Source: an uncultured Chloroflexia bacterium
GTDB lineage: Bacteria > Chloroflexota > Anaerolineae > B4-G1 > SLSP01
Reading direction: 5' to 3'
Length of the DNA stretch: 64,000 nt
Assembly: GCA_963751345.1 (NCBI GenBank)
Contig: CAVVUS010000018.1
Location: forward strand, 256,001-320,000
Part shown: positions 54,018 through 64,000 of the stretch, in pieces
Numbering within the stretch: position 1 is the stretch's first letter
How the letters are laid out: each line of letters begins with the position of its first letter
Program-made: the position numbers and the translations under genes
Notes under the pieces: generated by a model
The model's database searches: none
Seen by the model: only the letters and a program-made list of their open reading frames with translations
Told to the model about the DNA's origin: nothing

Positions 54018-55372
54018 TCAGCGCGGGGTCACGCTGACCCGCAGTTCGTTGGCAATCCGAACCTTGTCGTAATCGCGCTGACGCAGTTGATGTTGACCAT
54101 TTCGCCGGGCCGCGCGTAGCGCGCCCCGCGTTGAGCAATCAGTGTTTCGCCATCGCGGACCTCGATGCGGACAGGTTGCTCGATGGGTTCTGTAACGCGC
54201 AGCTGTAGGCGCACGTCCGCTTCGGTGAGCCGCTCGGGATTGACGTGATGTGGCACGACGTAGCGCACGTGCTCACCTGCGGCGGTGGCAATAGGAGGTG
54301 ATGCGGGCAGGCAGGCTGTGCCCATCGCGTAGCACGCTGCGCGCTCCCCCGCAACGTTTCCGGCTTCGGTGACCCAATCTACCAGGTCATATACGTGCAC
54401 GACGTTGCCGGCGGCGAAAACACCGGGCACGCTGGTCTGATACCCCTCATCGACGTAGGGACCTCCCGTGACGGGGTCCAGCAGGACACCGATCTTCTGA
54501 GAGAGCTCGTTCTCCGGGATCAAGCCGACGGAGAGAAGCAGCGTATCACAGGGAATGATCTCCTCCGTGCCCGGTATGGGCTGCCAGCGCTCGTCCACGG
54601 CAACCGCTTCCACGGCCTCCACACGATCGCCGCCCATGATGCGCTTGACCGTATGCCTGAGCTGCAGGGGAATATCGAAGTCCAGCAGACACTGGACATA
54701 GTTACGGCTCAGGCCCGTCAGGTAGGGCATTACCTCCAGCACGCGCTCGACTTTGGCCCCCTCGAAGGTGAGCCTGCGGGCCATGATCATCCCGATGTCG
54801 CCCGAGCCCAGGATCACGACATGCTTGCCGGGCATATAGCCCTCGACGTTCACCCATCGTTGGGCTGTCCCGGCACTATAGACGCCTGCAGGCCGCATAC
54901 CGGGGATCCGGATCTGTGCCCGCGTGCGCTCCCGGCATCCCATGGCCAGCACGATAGCCGTCGCCTCGATCTCAGTAAACCCGCTGTTAGTGCCTGCGGT
55001 GTATAGCTTGTGCGAGTGGGGACCTCCGCCCGTCCGGCTTGCTTGGATGTCCAGGACCATCGTGTCGAGCAGTGTGTCGATGTCGAGGCCGCGCGCTCGG
55101 TCGATAAACCGCTGCGCGTAGCCGGGCCCGGGCAGATCCTCCCCGAAGACCTCCAGGCCAAAGCCATTGTGAATGCACTGCAGCAGAATGCCGCCCAATT
55201 CCAGGTCGCGCTCGACGATCAGCACATGGTCGGCGCCCGCTTCCTTCGCAGAGATGGCGGCAGCAAGGCCTCCCGGACCGCTGCCGATCACGACGACGTC
55301 ATAGCGAGGGCGTAGTCCCGGTACTCCGGAGCGGATCCCCGGGCTCTGTTTCACAACCGTCAACCCGGGCAT
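54018..55372 (-). CDS. NAD(P)/FAD-dependent oxidoreductase subunit; indel near 54086
   Basis: IGSGPGG, GGILLQCIHNGFG, MGCRER, GSGDIG and GNVVHVYDLVD; the shifted tail ends ...RVSVTPR* at 54018. Confidence 0.88.
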
Positions 55373-55373
55373 A

Positions 55374-56939
55374 TCACGCCGCCCCCACGTTCTTCGTCTT
55401 CCGCACCAACAGTTCGGACGCCGGGCCCTTCTTGCTCACGTCCAATGGATCGATGCCCAGCTCGCGTGCGATGATTTCCACCACACGGGGCATGTCAAAG
55501 GCTCCCTGGCAGCGACCCGTGCCCAGCCAGGTCCGCCGCTTGATGGCATCATACGTGTCCGCGGGAATTGGCGCGTGAATCTCAGCGACGATCTCGCCCT
55601 CCATCACCGTCTCGCAGCGGCAGATGATCCGGCCATACCGGGGATCCTGCTTCACGAGCTCTCCCTGCTCGGCGTGCGTCAGGTGCCGGAAGACGGGCCG
55701 TGCCGTGCGGCGGGCATTCCAGTCGGGCTTTGCCCGCAATGACTCACCGGCCTGTGCGAGCAGTGCGACGACGCGTGCAGCGATGGCCGGGGCCGCGGTG
55801 AGTCCGGGCGATTCGATGCCGCCCAGATTGACCAGTCCATCGACCTCTGCCGGGATCTCGATGATGAAGTCCTTGCGATAGGCGACGCTCGGGTCGGGCG
55901 AGGGTGCGTTGCCGCCGGGACGCAGCCCCGCAAAGAGCGCGATAATGTGGCGCTGGTTGAGCGAGGGCACCAGTTTGCGCGCGCCCTCCCAGACCTCGTG
56001 TAATCCCGACGCGGTGACCGCCGTGTTCTCTTTATCCTCGATCTCCTCGGCATTGGGACCCACGATGGTGTTCCCGTGTACGGTCGTCGTGACCAGAATC
56101 CCCTTGCTGACCTTGGTAGGAACCGGGAAGAGCACCGTGTCCAGGGCGAAGAGATTGCGATCGAGAACGTAGTACTCGCCGCGCCGCGGCGTAATGTGGA
56201 ACTCGGGCCGAACTCCGGCTTTATGCATCACGGCATCGGCGTAGAGGCCAGCGGCATTGATGACCCACCGTGAGGTGAAGTCGCCCCGGTCGGTCTTGAT
56301 GCCAACAACCCGCCGCCGTTCTCCCTCCCCGTCCTTCCCCCGGAGGGGGAGGGGGTCCCAGAGGAAGTCCTCGAAGCTCGTCAGGCGCTTCAGAACCACA
56401 CCGTTTACGACGGCGTTCTCCGCAGCCGCCAGCGTGGCACCCCAGGGGTCACAGACGCCGCCAATGGGACAGTAGAGGGCCCCGCTGACCTCGGGGTTGA
56501 TCTTGGGTTCGCGGCGGCGCATCTCCTCGCCGGAGATGATCTCGACGGGGACCCCGTTGGCGACACCGTGAGCGGCCTGAACTTCCAGCTCCGACCTTTC
56601 CTCCGGGCCAATCGCTACGACGTAGGTCCCACTGCGATCGAAGCTGAAGCCCAATTCCTCCGCCAGTTGATCCCACAGACCGTTCCCCAGGACGTTCAGC
56701 TCGGCCTTGAGCGTGCCCGGCTCTGCTGCGTATCCACCATGGATGATGGCGGAATTGGCCGACGTAGCCCCGGTACAGATATCCGCTTCTTTCTCTATCC
56801 AGAGGATGTCCAAGTCATAGCGCGAGAGGGCCCTGGCGATCATTGCCCCAACCACGCCGGCGCCTATGATGATGATGTCGAAGTCGGCTTCCGATCTGCG
56901 GCTGACCGGATTGGCCACGGATTGTATGCCCAATGTCAC
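55374..56939 (-). CDS. FAD-dependent glycerol-3-phosphate dehydrogenase-like subunit with BFD-type [2Fe-2S] domain
   Basis: GAGVVG, ANSAIIHGG, NAAG, GIESPGLTA and CRCE...GRCQG; lies downstream of glpK. Confidence 0.88.
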   Translation of the reverse strand: MTLGIQSVANPVSRRSEADFDIIIIGAGVVGAMIARALSRYDLDILWIEKEADICTGATSANSAIIHGGYAAEPGTLKAELNVLGNGLWDQLAEELGFSFDRSGTYVVAIGPEERSELEVQAAHGVANGVPVEIISGEEMRRREPKINPEVSGALYCPIGGVCDPWGATLAAAENAVVNGVVLKRLTSFEDFLWDPLPLRGKDGEGERRRVVGIKTDRGDFTSRWVINAAGLYADAVMHKAGVRPEFHITPRRGEYYVLDRNLFALDTVLFPVPTKVSKGILVTTTVHGNTIVGPNAEEIEDKENTAVTASGLHEVWEGARKLVPSLNQRHIIALFAGLRPGGNAPSPDPSVAYRKDFIIEIPAEVDGLVNLGGIESPGLTAAPAIAARVVALLAQAGESLRAKPDWNARRTARPVFRHLTHAEQGELVKQDPRYGRIICRCETVMEGEIVAEIHAPIPADTYDAIKRRTWLGTGRCQGAFDMPRVVEIIARELGIDPLDVSKKGPASELLVRKTKNVGAA

Positions 56940-56962
56940 CTCTCTATTGGGGGATCTCAGGG

Positions 56963-58483
56963 CTAGTTCTCGACCCAGTCCAGCGTGCGGGTCACTGCTC
57001 TCTTCCAGCCGTCGTACAACCGTTCGCGCATTGCAGCATGCATCGCCGGCTCAAATGTGCGGTCGACGCCCCAATTCTCACGCAGAGCCTCGGTATCGGA
57101 CCAGAACCCCACGGCGAGGCCGGCTGCGTAGGCAGCACCGAGGGCCGTCGTCTCGGTGACGGTGGGCCGGATGACGGGCACGCCCAGGATATCGGCCTGA
57201 AACTGCATCAGGAGTTCGTTGGCAACCATGCCGCCGTCAACTTTGAGCGTCTCAACCGGCACCCCTGAATCTCCGGCCATGGCCTCGATCACGTCCCTGG
57301 TCTGGTACGCCGTAGCCTCCAGCGCTGCCCGGCAGATGTGCTGTTTGGTGATGTAGCGTGTCAGACCCACCATGACGCCGCGGGCATCGCTGCGCCAGTA
57401 GGGGGCGAAGAGGCCCGAAAAGGCGGGCACGACGTACATCCCACCCGAGTCGTCGACCTGGCGGGCAAGGTCCTCGATCTGCGGTGCCCTGGTGAAGAAC
57501 CCCAGGTTGTCCCGCAGCCACTGCACGAGCGCGCCGGTAACCGCGATGGAGCCCTCCAGGGCATAGACCGCGGGGTCATCGCCAAATTGGTACCCTACGG
57601 TGGTCAATAGCCCGTGCTCGGACGGGACGATCTCAGTCCCCGTGTTCAGGAGCATAAAGCAGCCTGTACCGTAGGTGTTCTTAGCCTCGCCGGGCGAGAA
57701 GCAGGTCTGGCCGACAAGCGCGGCCTGCTGATCGCCGAGGCTGCCTGTGACCGGGATGCTCTCGCCAAAAGGCCCATCGCCTCGCGTGAAGCCGTAGGGA
57801 TGTGCCGCGCTTGAGGGCCGAATCTCCGGCAGCATCGGCGCAGGAATGCCGAGAATCTGGCGTATGCCATCGTCCCAGTCGAGGGAGTGCAGATCCATCA
57901 GCATCGTGCGACTGGCGTTCGTCACGTCGGTGACGTGAGTCCCTCCTTGGGGCCCTCCCGTCAGCCACCAGATGATCCAGCTATCGATCGTGCCGAAGAG
58001 CGCGTCCCCGTGGTCCGCTGCCTCTCGTACCGCCGGGACGTTCTGAAGCAGCCATGCGAGTTTCGGCCCGGCGAAATAGGTAGCCAGCGGGAGGCCTACC
58101 TTGGGGCGGAAACGATCCTGGCCCCCCTCGGCTGCCAGCGCATCGCAGATACCCTTCGTGCGTGTATCCTGCCAGACGATCGCGTTGTAGAGTGGGCGGC
58201 CCGTGCGACGATCCCACACGACCGTCGTCTCGCGCTGGTTGGTGATGCCTATAGCGGCGATTCTGCCGCTCGAGATGTTGCCCTGGGTAAGGGTCTGGCG
58301 AATGACCTTCTGGCACGTCTCCCAGATTTCCATCGGGTCGTGCTCCACCCAGCCCGGCCGAGGCGTGATTTGCCGGTGCTCCTCGTAGGACCAGATGACA
58401 GGCTGCCCTCCGCGGTCGAATAGAATGCAGCGTGTGCCGGTTGTGCCTTGATCGAGGGCTGCGATGTACTCAGCCTCTGCCAT
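56963..58483 (-). CDS. glpK: Glycerol kinase
   Basis: [43 protein letters not shown] and VDGG; ATG 58483. Confidence 0.97.
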   Translation of the reverse strand: MAEAEYIAALDQGTTGTRCILFDRGGQPVIWSYEEHRQITPRPGWVEHDPMEIWETCQKVIRQTLTQGNISSGRIAAIGITNQRETTVVWDRRTGRPLYNAIVWQDTRTKGICDALAAEGGQDRFRPKVGLPLATYFAGPKLAWLLQNVPAVREAADHGDALFGTIDSWIIWWLTGGPQGGTHVTDVTNASRTMLMDLHSLDWDDGIRQILGIPAPMLPEIRPSSAAHPYGFTRGDGPFGESIPVTGSLGDQQAALVGQTCFSPGEAKNTYGTGCFMLLNTGTEIVPSEHGLLTTVGYQFGDDPAVYALEGSIAVTGALVQWLRDNLGFFTRAPQIEDLARQVDDSGGMYVVPAFSGLFAPYWRSDARGVMVGLTRYITKQHICRAALEATAYQTRDVIEAMAGDSGVPVETLKVDGGMVANELLMQFQADILGVPVIRPTVTETTALGAAYAAGLAVGFWSDTEALRENWGVDRTFEPAMHAAMRERLYDGWKRAVTRTLDWVEN

Positions 58484-58563
58484 CGGGACCTCCGAGTTGC
58501 GTGACGGGTGGACTGTGGCCGCACCCGGATTATAACCCGGCGGTCGGGCTTGTCGAATGGCCG

Positions 58564-61032
58564 TCAGTTGCGGACTATCAACGGCAGAAAGACCAGAGCT
58601 CGCACGAAGACCGACTGCCCGGCGCTCCAGGGACTGTTGCCTGAGGGCGTCACGGCCCGTACGCGATAGTACCAGGTACCCCCCGGCTGGTTCATAACGA
58701 CGTGCTGCGTCAGGGTCCCTGTGTAAGCGAGTGCGGTCGTTGCGAAGTAGGCTGACCTGCTTTGCTCGAGCAAGTACCCTGTGGCCGTCGTCACCGCGGT
58801 CCACTGGACGACGTAAGCGCCATCGTCATCTGTGTTGCTGATGGGGTAGAGCTGTGGCGCGGGCACGAGGGGTACGGTTACCGTGATGTCCCGAGTGTTG
58901 CTCGGCGGGCTGAAACCGGCCTGGTTGTAGGCCTCGACACGATAGTACCACCGCCCACTGGGCTGTCCGGTGACAGTGTAGGTTGTGCCGATCCCGAGGT
59001 AGCGGTTGATGGTGCTGGCGAATGTTGCGCTGGATGATTCCTCGAGCCGGTATCCGGTTGCGCCTGTGGCGCTAGACCAACTGAGCGTATAGGCATCAGC
59101 GGCCGTGCCGGGCACGACTGCGGCAAGCGTCGGTGCCGCCGGCTTGACCACCACGGACTGTGGCGTACTCCAGTCACCCGAGCCCGACGTGGTGTAGGCC
59201 TGGACACGATAGTACCATGTTCCTCCTGGCTGACCGGTGACGTCGTAACTGAGGACGTCCCCGACGTCGTACGTCGATGGGATGGAGAAGTCCGCAGCCG
59301 GCGATTCTTGGAGGCGGTAGCCGGTTGCCCCGAACACGCTTTGCCAGGCGACCTGATAGGTAGCCGCCCCCCCATTGTTGATCGGCTGGAGGATCGGGGT
59401 GCCCAGCACGACCTGTAAGGACTCGATGTTGCTCCAGGCGCTGACGTTTCCCGAGCCGGATCGTTCTGCCCGCACGCGATAGTACCACGTGCCGAGGGGG
59501 CTGGCGAGCTGTACGGTGCTTGTCGCACCGCTGTAGCGAGTGACCGGTGAATTGAAGGACGGGTTATCGTCCTCCTCAAGGATGTAAGTCGTGGCATTGG
59601 GCACGTCGGACCAGTCTACCCAATAGACGCCGTCGTGCTCCGGGTCGCTGATCGGCAGGAGCGTCGGGGGTGAGAGGACGAGGAGGCTTTCCACAGCCGC
59701 CAGGGCGTCGATCCGCCCCCATCCGAAATACTGATCCCAACCAGGGCTCCCCAGATCCACGGCTGTTGTCTCGATCGTCTGCTCCACCTGATCCGGCGTA
59801 AAGCTGGGCTCCATCGACCAAACTAGGGCCGCCAGACCCGACACGAAGGGTGTAGCCTGTGAGGTGCCCTGCATGAAGTCGTACTGCTGGAAATAGTTGC
59901 AGGTGGGCGCGCTATTGAGCGTGACCGCATAGGTGGGTAGGGTGCTGTAGATGCCCAATGGCGAGTGACACATAGTCATAGCACCACCGGGGGCAGCGAT
60001 GTCATTGTCGGAGCCGTAATTCGAGTACGGAGCGCGAAGGTCGCCTTGGTCGGTAGCCGACACAGCCATAACAACTTGGTCATATGCGGCGGGGTAACTG
60101 GGGGCTACACTGTTCAGGTTTCCCATCGCGGCGACGACGAGCAGCCCCGCGTTGTGCGCGCTCGTAACCGCATCCAGAAGCGTCTGCGAGCCACTTGTGC
60201 CCCCAAGACTGAGATTGACGATCTGGGCACCCATGACCTCTGCCCAGCCAATGGCTGCGGCCACATCGGCCGTATTGCCATTGCCGTCTGCGTCCAGCAC
60301 GCGAAGCGGCATGATCTTTGCTCCCCACGACATGCCTGCCACGCCGACGCTGTTGTTGCTCACGGCCGCCGCAATACCGGCCACGTGTGTTCCGTGGCCG
60401 TTCAGATCGTGGGGATTACTGTCGTTGTCAATGTAGTCGTAGCCGGGTACGATTTTCGCGGCCAGATCGGGGTGACTCTCGTCGATGCCGGTGTCGATGA
60501 TAGCGATCGTGACGCTCGTCGAACCCGTGACGATATCCCATGCCGCGGGTGCCTGGATCTTCGTGTAGGCCCATTGGGACGTATAGCCGGGGTCGTTGGG
60601 TGTGGCAGAGGCGTGGACGACGTAGTTAGGCTCGGCATATCGGACCTGAGGATTGGCACTCAGGGCCCGGATCACGGTCAGCTCCTGTCCCTCGGGCACC
60701 GTTACAATATCCACGTCGTTCTTGAGCATGGCAGCGACGCCTGGTGTCATTGTGTCGGCGGAGACGCCGGCAGTGATGTCGCCATAGATGGTTCCGTCAC
60801 GCACTGCGCCGTAGGGCCGAAGCACGGACCCCTTGGCGGCATCGCTCAAGGGCACGCCCCCCGGCCCCGGCTTGAAGGCGACCAGTACCTCTCCGGGTAC
60901 GTAGGCAGATGCCGGTTCGGCAGCGAGTGGTGCGCTCCCGGTCGCGGGTATCGGCCGGCCCGCCAGTAGCGAGAGGCTGACCAGGCCCAAGAGGGCCGAA
61001 AGGGCAACTCGTACCCGACGACGATGTCTCAT
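58564..61032 (-). CDS. Secreted S8 subtilisin-like protease with four FN3-like repeats
   Basis: Signal peptide; [12 protein letters not shown] and GTSQATP triad; four repeats of about 90 aa each containing WYYRV; ends in VFLPLIVRN. Confidence 0.93.
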   Translation of the reverse strand: MRHRRRVRVALSALLGLVSLSLLAGRPIPATGSAPLAAEPASAYVPGEVLVAFKPGPGGVPLSDAAKGSVLRPYGAVRDGTIYGDITAGVSADTMTPGVAAMLKNDVDIVTVPEGQELTVIRALSANPQVRYAEPNYVVHASATPNDPGYTSQWAYTKIQAPAAWDIVTGSTSVTIAIIDTGIDESHPDLAAKIVPGYDYIDNDSNPHDLNGHGTHVAGIAAAVSNNSVGVAGMSWGAKIMPLRVLDADGNGNTADVAAAIGWAEVMGAQIVNLSLGGTSGSQTLLDAVTSAHNAGLLVVAAMGNLNSVAPSYPAAYDQVVMAVSATDQGDLRAPYSNYGSDNDIAAPGGAMTMCHSPLGIYSTLPTYAVTLNSAPTCNYFQQYDFMQGTSQATPFVSGLAALVWSMEPSFTPDQVEQTIETTAVDLGSPGWDQYFGWGRIDALAAVESLLVLSPPTLLPISDPEHDGVYWVDWSDVPNATTYILEEDDNPSFNSPVTRYSGATSTVQLASPLGTWYYRVRAERSGSGNVSAWSNIESLQVVLGTPILQPINNGGAATYQVAWQSVFGATGYRLQESPAADFSIPSTYDVGDVLSYDVTGQPGGTWYYRVQAYTTSGSGDWSTPQSVVVKPAAPTLAAVVPGTAADAYTLSWSSATGATGYRLEESSSATFASTINRYLGIGTTYTVTGQPSGRWYYRVEAYNQAGFSPPSNTRDITVTVPLVPAPQLYPISNTDDDGAYVVQWTAVTTATGYLLEQSRSAYFATTALAYTGTLTQHVVMNQPGGTWYYRVRAVTPSGNSPWSAGQSVFVRALVFLPLIVRN

Positions 61033-61193
61033 CTCATGTCCTCCTTGCTCTTTTTCGAGCCGGGGCAGGATCAGCCATGTAATCGAGCCGGATGCTGATC
61101 TGTCTCATTCCATTGTATGAGTGACTTGGTTCCTACCATTCTACAGTATAGTATAGCGTCGATGATCGGCGGAAAAAGTCTTAGGGCGATCGC

Positions 61194-61222
61194 TTGCTAG
61201 ATCCAGCCGGCGGCGGTACAAT
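61194..61222 (+). promoter_or_regulatory. Sigma70-type promoter for the SHMT-GcvT gene
   Basis: TTGCTA-17 nt-TACAAT. Confidence 0.6.
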
Positions 61223-61309
61223 TTACTTATAAATGGTCTACTAAACATTCGGCCCCGGATGCGGTCACTGAGACCCTATGCCCGGTGGCTACAAAATCGG
61301 GAGGCAAGC

Positions 61310-64000
61310 ATGAGCGACTATCTTTTCCCTGATTCACTTTCAGTTCTGGATCCCGAACTCGCGGATCTTATCGGTTATGAGACCGAGCGACAGGCTCGCA
61401 AGCTGATCATGATCCCTTCGGAGTCTATCGCGCCTGTGGCGGTTCACCAAGCCCTCGCGTCGTCCTATTCGCACCTCTATGCCGAGGGATATCCAGACGA
61501 TCGGACACGCACGATGACGGAGGCGGAGATCCTGGACTACGCGTCGGAACTGGGCCACTACCGGCGCTATGCGGATCCCCGCTACTACAAAGGCGTGGAA
61601 TATGCGGACGTCCTGGAATCCCTGGCGCGTCGCAGGATAGCAGAGCTTTTCGCTACCAAGACCATGCCTGCGAATAAGCTGTATGTCAACGTCCAGCCGC
61701 TCTCGGGCGCGCCGGCCAACACCGCGGCCGAGTATGCCCTGATGTCACCCGGCGACACCCTTATGTCGATGGCGCTTCACGTGGGCGGGCACCTCAGTCA
61801 CGGGAGCAAGGTGGCATATTCCGGGAAGACGTTCAACGTCGTGCATTACAGCGTCGACGACAAGACAGAACTCCTCGACTATGACGCCATTCGCGATCTT
61901 GCATTACAGACACGTCCGAAGATGATCATTGCCGGGTACACATCCTACCCGTGGGCCCCTGACTGGCAGAAGTTCCGCGCGATTGCCGACGAGGTGGGCG
62001 CTTATCTGCTGGCCGACATCGCTCACGTGGCCGGGCTGACCGTGGCGGGGGTCTACCCGAATCCGGTTGGCATCGCCGACGTTGTCACCTTCACCACCCA
62101 CAAGACCTTCAACGGCCCGCGCGGCGCTGTCATCCTCACACACAAATCGCTCCTCGCAAACAACATCGACCGCGCGGTCTTCCCTGGCTTCCAGGGTGGC
62201 CCGCATATGGAGGCCATCGCCGGGATCGCCGCGGCCGCAAAGCTGGCGACGACCGATAAGTTTCGCGAGCTTCAGCGCCAAACGGTGGCAAACGCTGTGG
62301 GGCTGGCGGAGGCGCTGGCTACCGAGGGTGTCCGTGTCGCCTATGGTGGCACCGACACGCATATGGTGTTGATCGACTGCAAGACGGTGCAGGGCCCTTA
62401 CGATACGCCACTGATGGGTGACCCGGCCGTCCGGATTCTGGACATCGCGGGGATCGTCGCCAACCGTAACACGATCCCGGGTGATTCGACGGCCCTTTAC
62501 CCCTCGGGCATTCGCCTGGGCACGCCCTGGGTGACCCAGCGTGGGCTGGACACCGGCGACATGGGAGAGATTGCCGGCATTATCGCCTCCCTGCTCAACG
62601 CCATGACGCCCTACGTCCTGGAAAAGCGCCGCCCCAAGTACGACTATCGTGCCCGGGTGGACTTCGACGTTTTGGAGCAGGCCAAGCTCAGGGTCGCGGC
62701 GCTGGCAGCCAAAGCCGGCGATCCCTATGAGGTGGCGCTCTCGACCGGGTATCCTCATTTCTACTTCGTCAACGATGCCCCGAAGGGCAGCTCCGCATAC
62801 GAGCGGCTGGCCCTGGAGGGGCGGCTGGTGAAACCCTTCGTCGACTGGTTGACCCCTTCGGATACGGCGGCCATGGCGGACGGCACGTCGCGCCTGGTGA
62901 CGCTTCTGGAGGCTGATGGCAAGGTGATGGCTGCCGGACTGCTGACGCGGGTCGACGAGCTGACGATGTATCTGGACGTTCCGACCGAGCGGGCATCGCG
63001 GGTGATGACGTGGCTGCGCGCGCTCGTGGATGGCTACGTCGCCACCGATGACGCCTATGGGCGGCTCACCTTCCTGGATGCGGTTCGCGACCTGGGGGAG
63101 GCCCCCGCGCCGACCGAGCCAATCGTCGTCGAAGATGGCCCCTACGCAAAACCCTACTTCATCGGCGCGTGGTCCCACAAGGAGCCGGCGGGGCCTGCGC
63201 TGCCGAGGTTCGAGTGGCAGGAGCCGGAGGACGCCCCGCTCCAAAGGACACTCCTCAACGCGACGCATCGCGAGATGGGGGCGCGGATGGTGCCCTTTGG
63301 AGGCTGGGATATGCCGGTTTGGTATACTGCTAACCTCGACGAGCATAGAGCCGTCCGCGAGGCAGCCGGGCTGTTTGACGTAAGCCACATGGGGTGCTGG
63401 GACATCCGCGGCCCTGAGGCGGCAGCGTTCCTCAATATGATCATGGTCAACGACGTTTATCTGTTGGAGGTCGGGGAATCGCAGTACACGGCCCTGTTCG
63501 ACGTGGACGGCCTTCCGATGGATGACCTGCTCGTTTACCGCATCGGGGAAGACCACTACCTGGTGGTGGTGAATGCGGCGAACAATGACAAAGATTGGGC
63601 ATGGGTCAGCGCGGTGCACCGGGGCGAGGTGATGATCGATCCGAGCCGCCCGTGGGTGCGATGGGAAGCACCGTCAGGGGCTGCTGTCCTGCGGGATTTG
63701 CGCGTGCCGGAGGCTGGCGATGATCGCCGCCACGAGCTTGCGCTTCAGGGGCCAAAGGCCAGGGACATCCTGTTGGCGCTCGGTGGCAGCAACGAAGACC
63801 TGGCAAAGATCAAGAAGCTGCCCTGGGCGGGTGTGACCCGGGTGGTCCTCGGTGGGTTCGACCTTATCGTTAGCCGTACCGGCTATACGGGCGAACGCGT
63901 GGCTTACGAGCTCTTCGTCCACCCGGATCGGCTTGTAGCGTTCTGGAAGAAGCTGTTGGAGGTGGGAGAGGGTTTCGGGCTGAAGCCCTGTGGGCTGGCG
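61310..64000 (+). CDS. glyA: Serine hydroxymethyltransferase fused to glycine cleavage T protein (runs off window)
   Basis: Absent from the ORF track; one open frame from ATG 61310 (GGGAGG RBS). SHMT motifs YAEGYP, VQPLSG, GGHLSHG, DIAHVAG, TTHKT and SGIRLGT; GcvT motifs FGGWDMP, EHRAVR, LFDVSHMG, NAAN, LQGP and SRTGYTGE. Confidence 0.93.
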   Translation, partial: MSDYLFPDSLSVLDPELADLIGYETERQARKLIMIPSESIAPVAVHQALASSYSHLYAEGYPDDRTRTMTEAEILDYASELGHYRRYADPRYYKGVEYADVLESLARRRIAELFATKTMPANKLYVNVQPLSGAPANTAAEYALMSPGDTLMSMALHVGGHLSHGSKVAYSGKTFNVVHYSVDDKTELLDYDAIRDLALQTRPKMIIAGYTSYPWAPDWQKFRAIADEVGAYLLADIAHVAGLTVAGVYPNPVGIADVVTFTTHKTFNGPRGAVILTHKSLLANNIDRAVFPGFQGGPHMEAIAGIAAAAKLATTDKFRELQRQTVANAVGLAEALATEGVRVAYGGTDTHMVLIDCKTVQGPYDTPLMGDPAVRILDIAGIVANRNTIPGDSTALYPSGIRLGTPWVTQRGLDTGDMGEIAGIIASLLNAMTPYVLEKRRPKYDYRARVDFDVLEQAKLRVAALAAKAGDPYEVALSTGYPHFYFVNDAPKGSSAYERLALEGRLVKPFVDWLTPSDTAAMADGTSRLVTLLEADGKVMAAGLLTRVDELTMYLDVPTERASRVMTWLRALVDGYVATDDAYGRLTFLDAVRDLGEAPAPTEPIVVEDGPYAKPYFIGAWSHKEPAGPALPRFEWQEPEDAPLQRTLLNATHREMGARMVPFGGWDMPVWYTANLDEHRAVREAAGLFDVSHMGCWDIRGPEAAAFLNMIMVNDVYLLEVGESQYTALFDVDGLPMDDLLVYRIGEDHYLVVVNAANNDKDWAWVSAVHRGEVMIDPSRPWVRWEAPSGAAVLRDLRVPEAGDDRRHELALQGPKARDILLALGGSNEDLAKIKKLPWAGVTRVVLGGFDLIVSRTGYTGERVAYELFVHPDRLVAFWKKLLEVGEGFGLKPCGLA

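Noticed and set aside
61262-61280. CTGAGA suggesting a TPP riboswitch, or a glycine/ZTP riboswitch before glyA
   Set aside because: The other conserved segments of these riboswitches are not visible; kept only as an unclassified candidate.
61904-63619. 571-aa minus-strand ORF; similarly 48195-49463, 16146-17225 and the extended start at 36906
   Set aside because: Antisense shadows of well-supported genes, typical of GC-rich DNA, with no motifs of their own.

Overview
GC-rich bacterial chromosome segment; gene content and protein style suggest Chloroflexota/Anaerolineae (inference). (1) About 1-34.6 kb is a dense, mostly minus-strand block of stress and recovery genes: NAD salvage (pncB, pncA-like), PolX, a palm-less PolX-like protein, LigA, ArfB, orphan bL35 and bS1, HtrA, LonC-like and S2P-CBS proteases, USP, MscS, a rhodanese pair, LDH, an extra sigma70, a PAS/GAF histidine kinase and an OmpR-type regulator. 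Four or five promoters in this block share helically phased CCAAC repeats at near-constant distances from a -10 box, which is the best candidate for an undescribed system. (2) 34.8-43.8 kb: AOR, two aldolases, a beta-helix protein, a UroD-like protein, GT4 and an S2P. (3) 43.9-48.1 kb: four tRNAs, secE, nusG and rplKAJL with L1 and L10 leaders. (4) 48.2-64 kb: two sulfatase-fold enzymes with Thr at the formylglycine position, a glycerol utilisation operon, an S8 protease and an SHMT-GcvT fusion that runs off the window. About 13 genes carry single-base indels, most likely assembly errors. No CRISPR array, rRNA or transposase was seen. All calls come from reading the sequence and recognising motifs; no database search was run.
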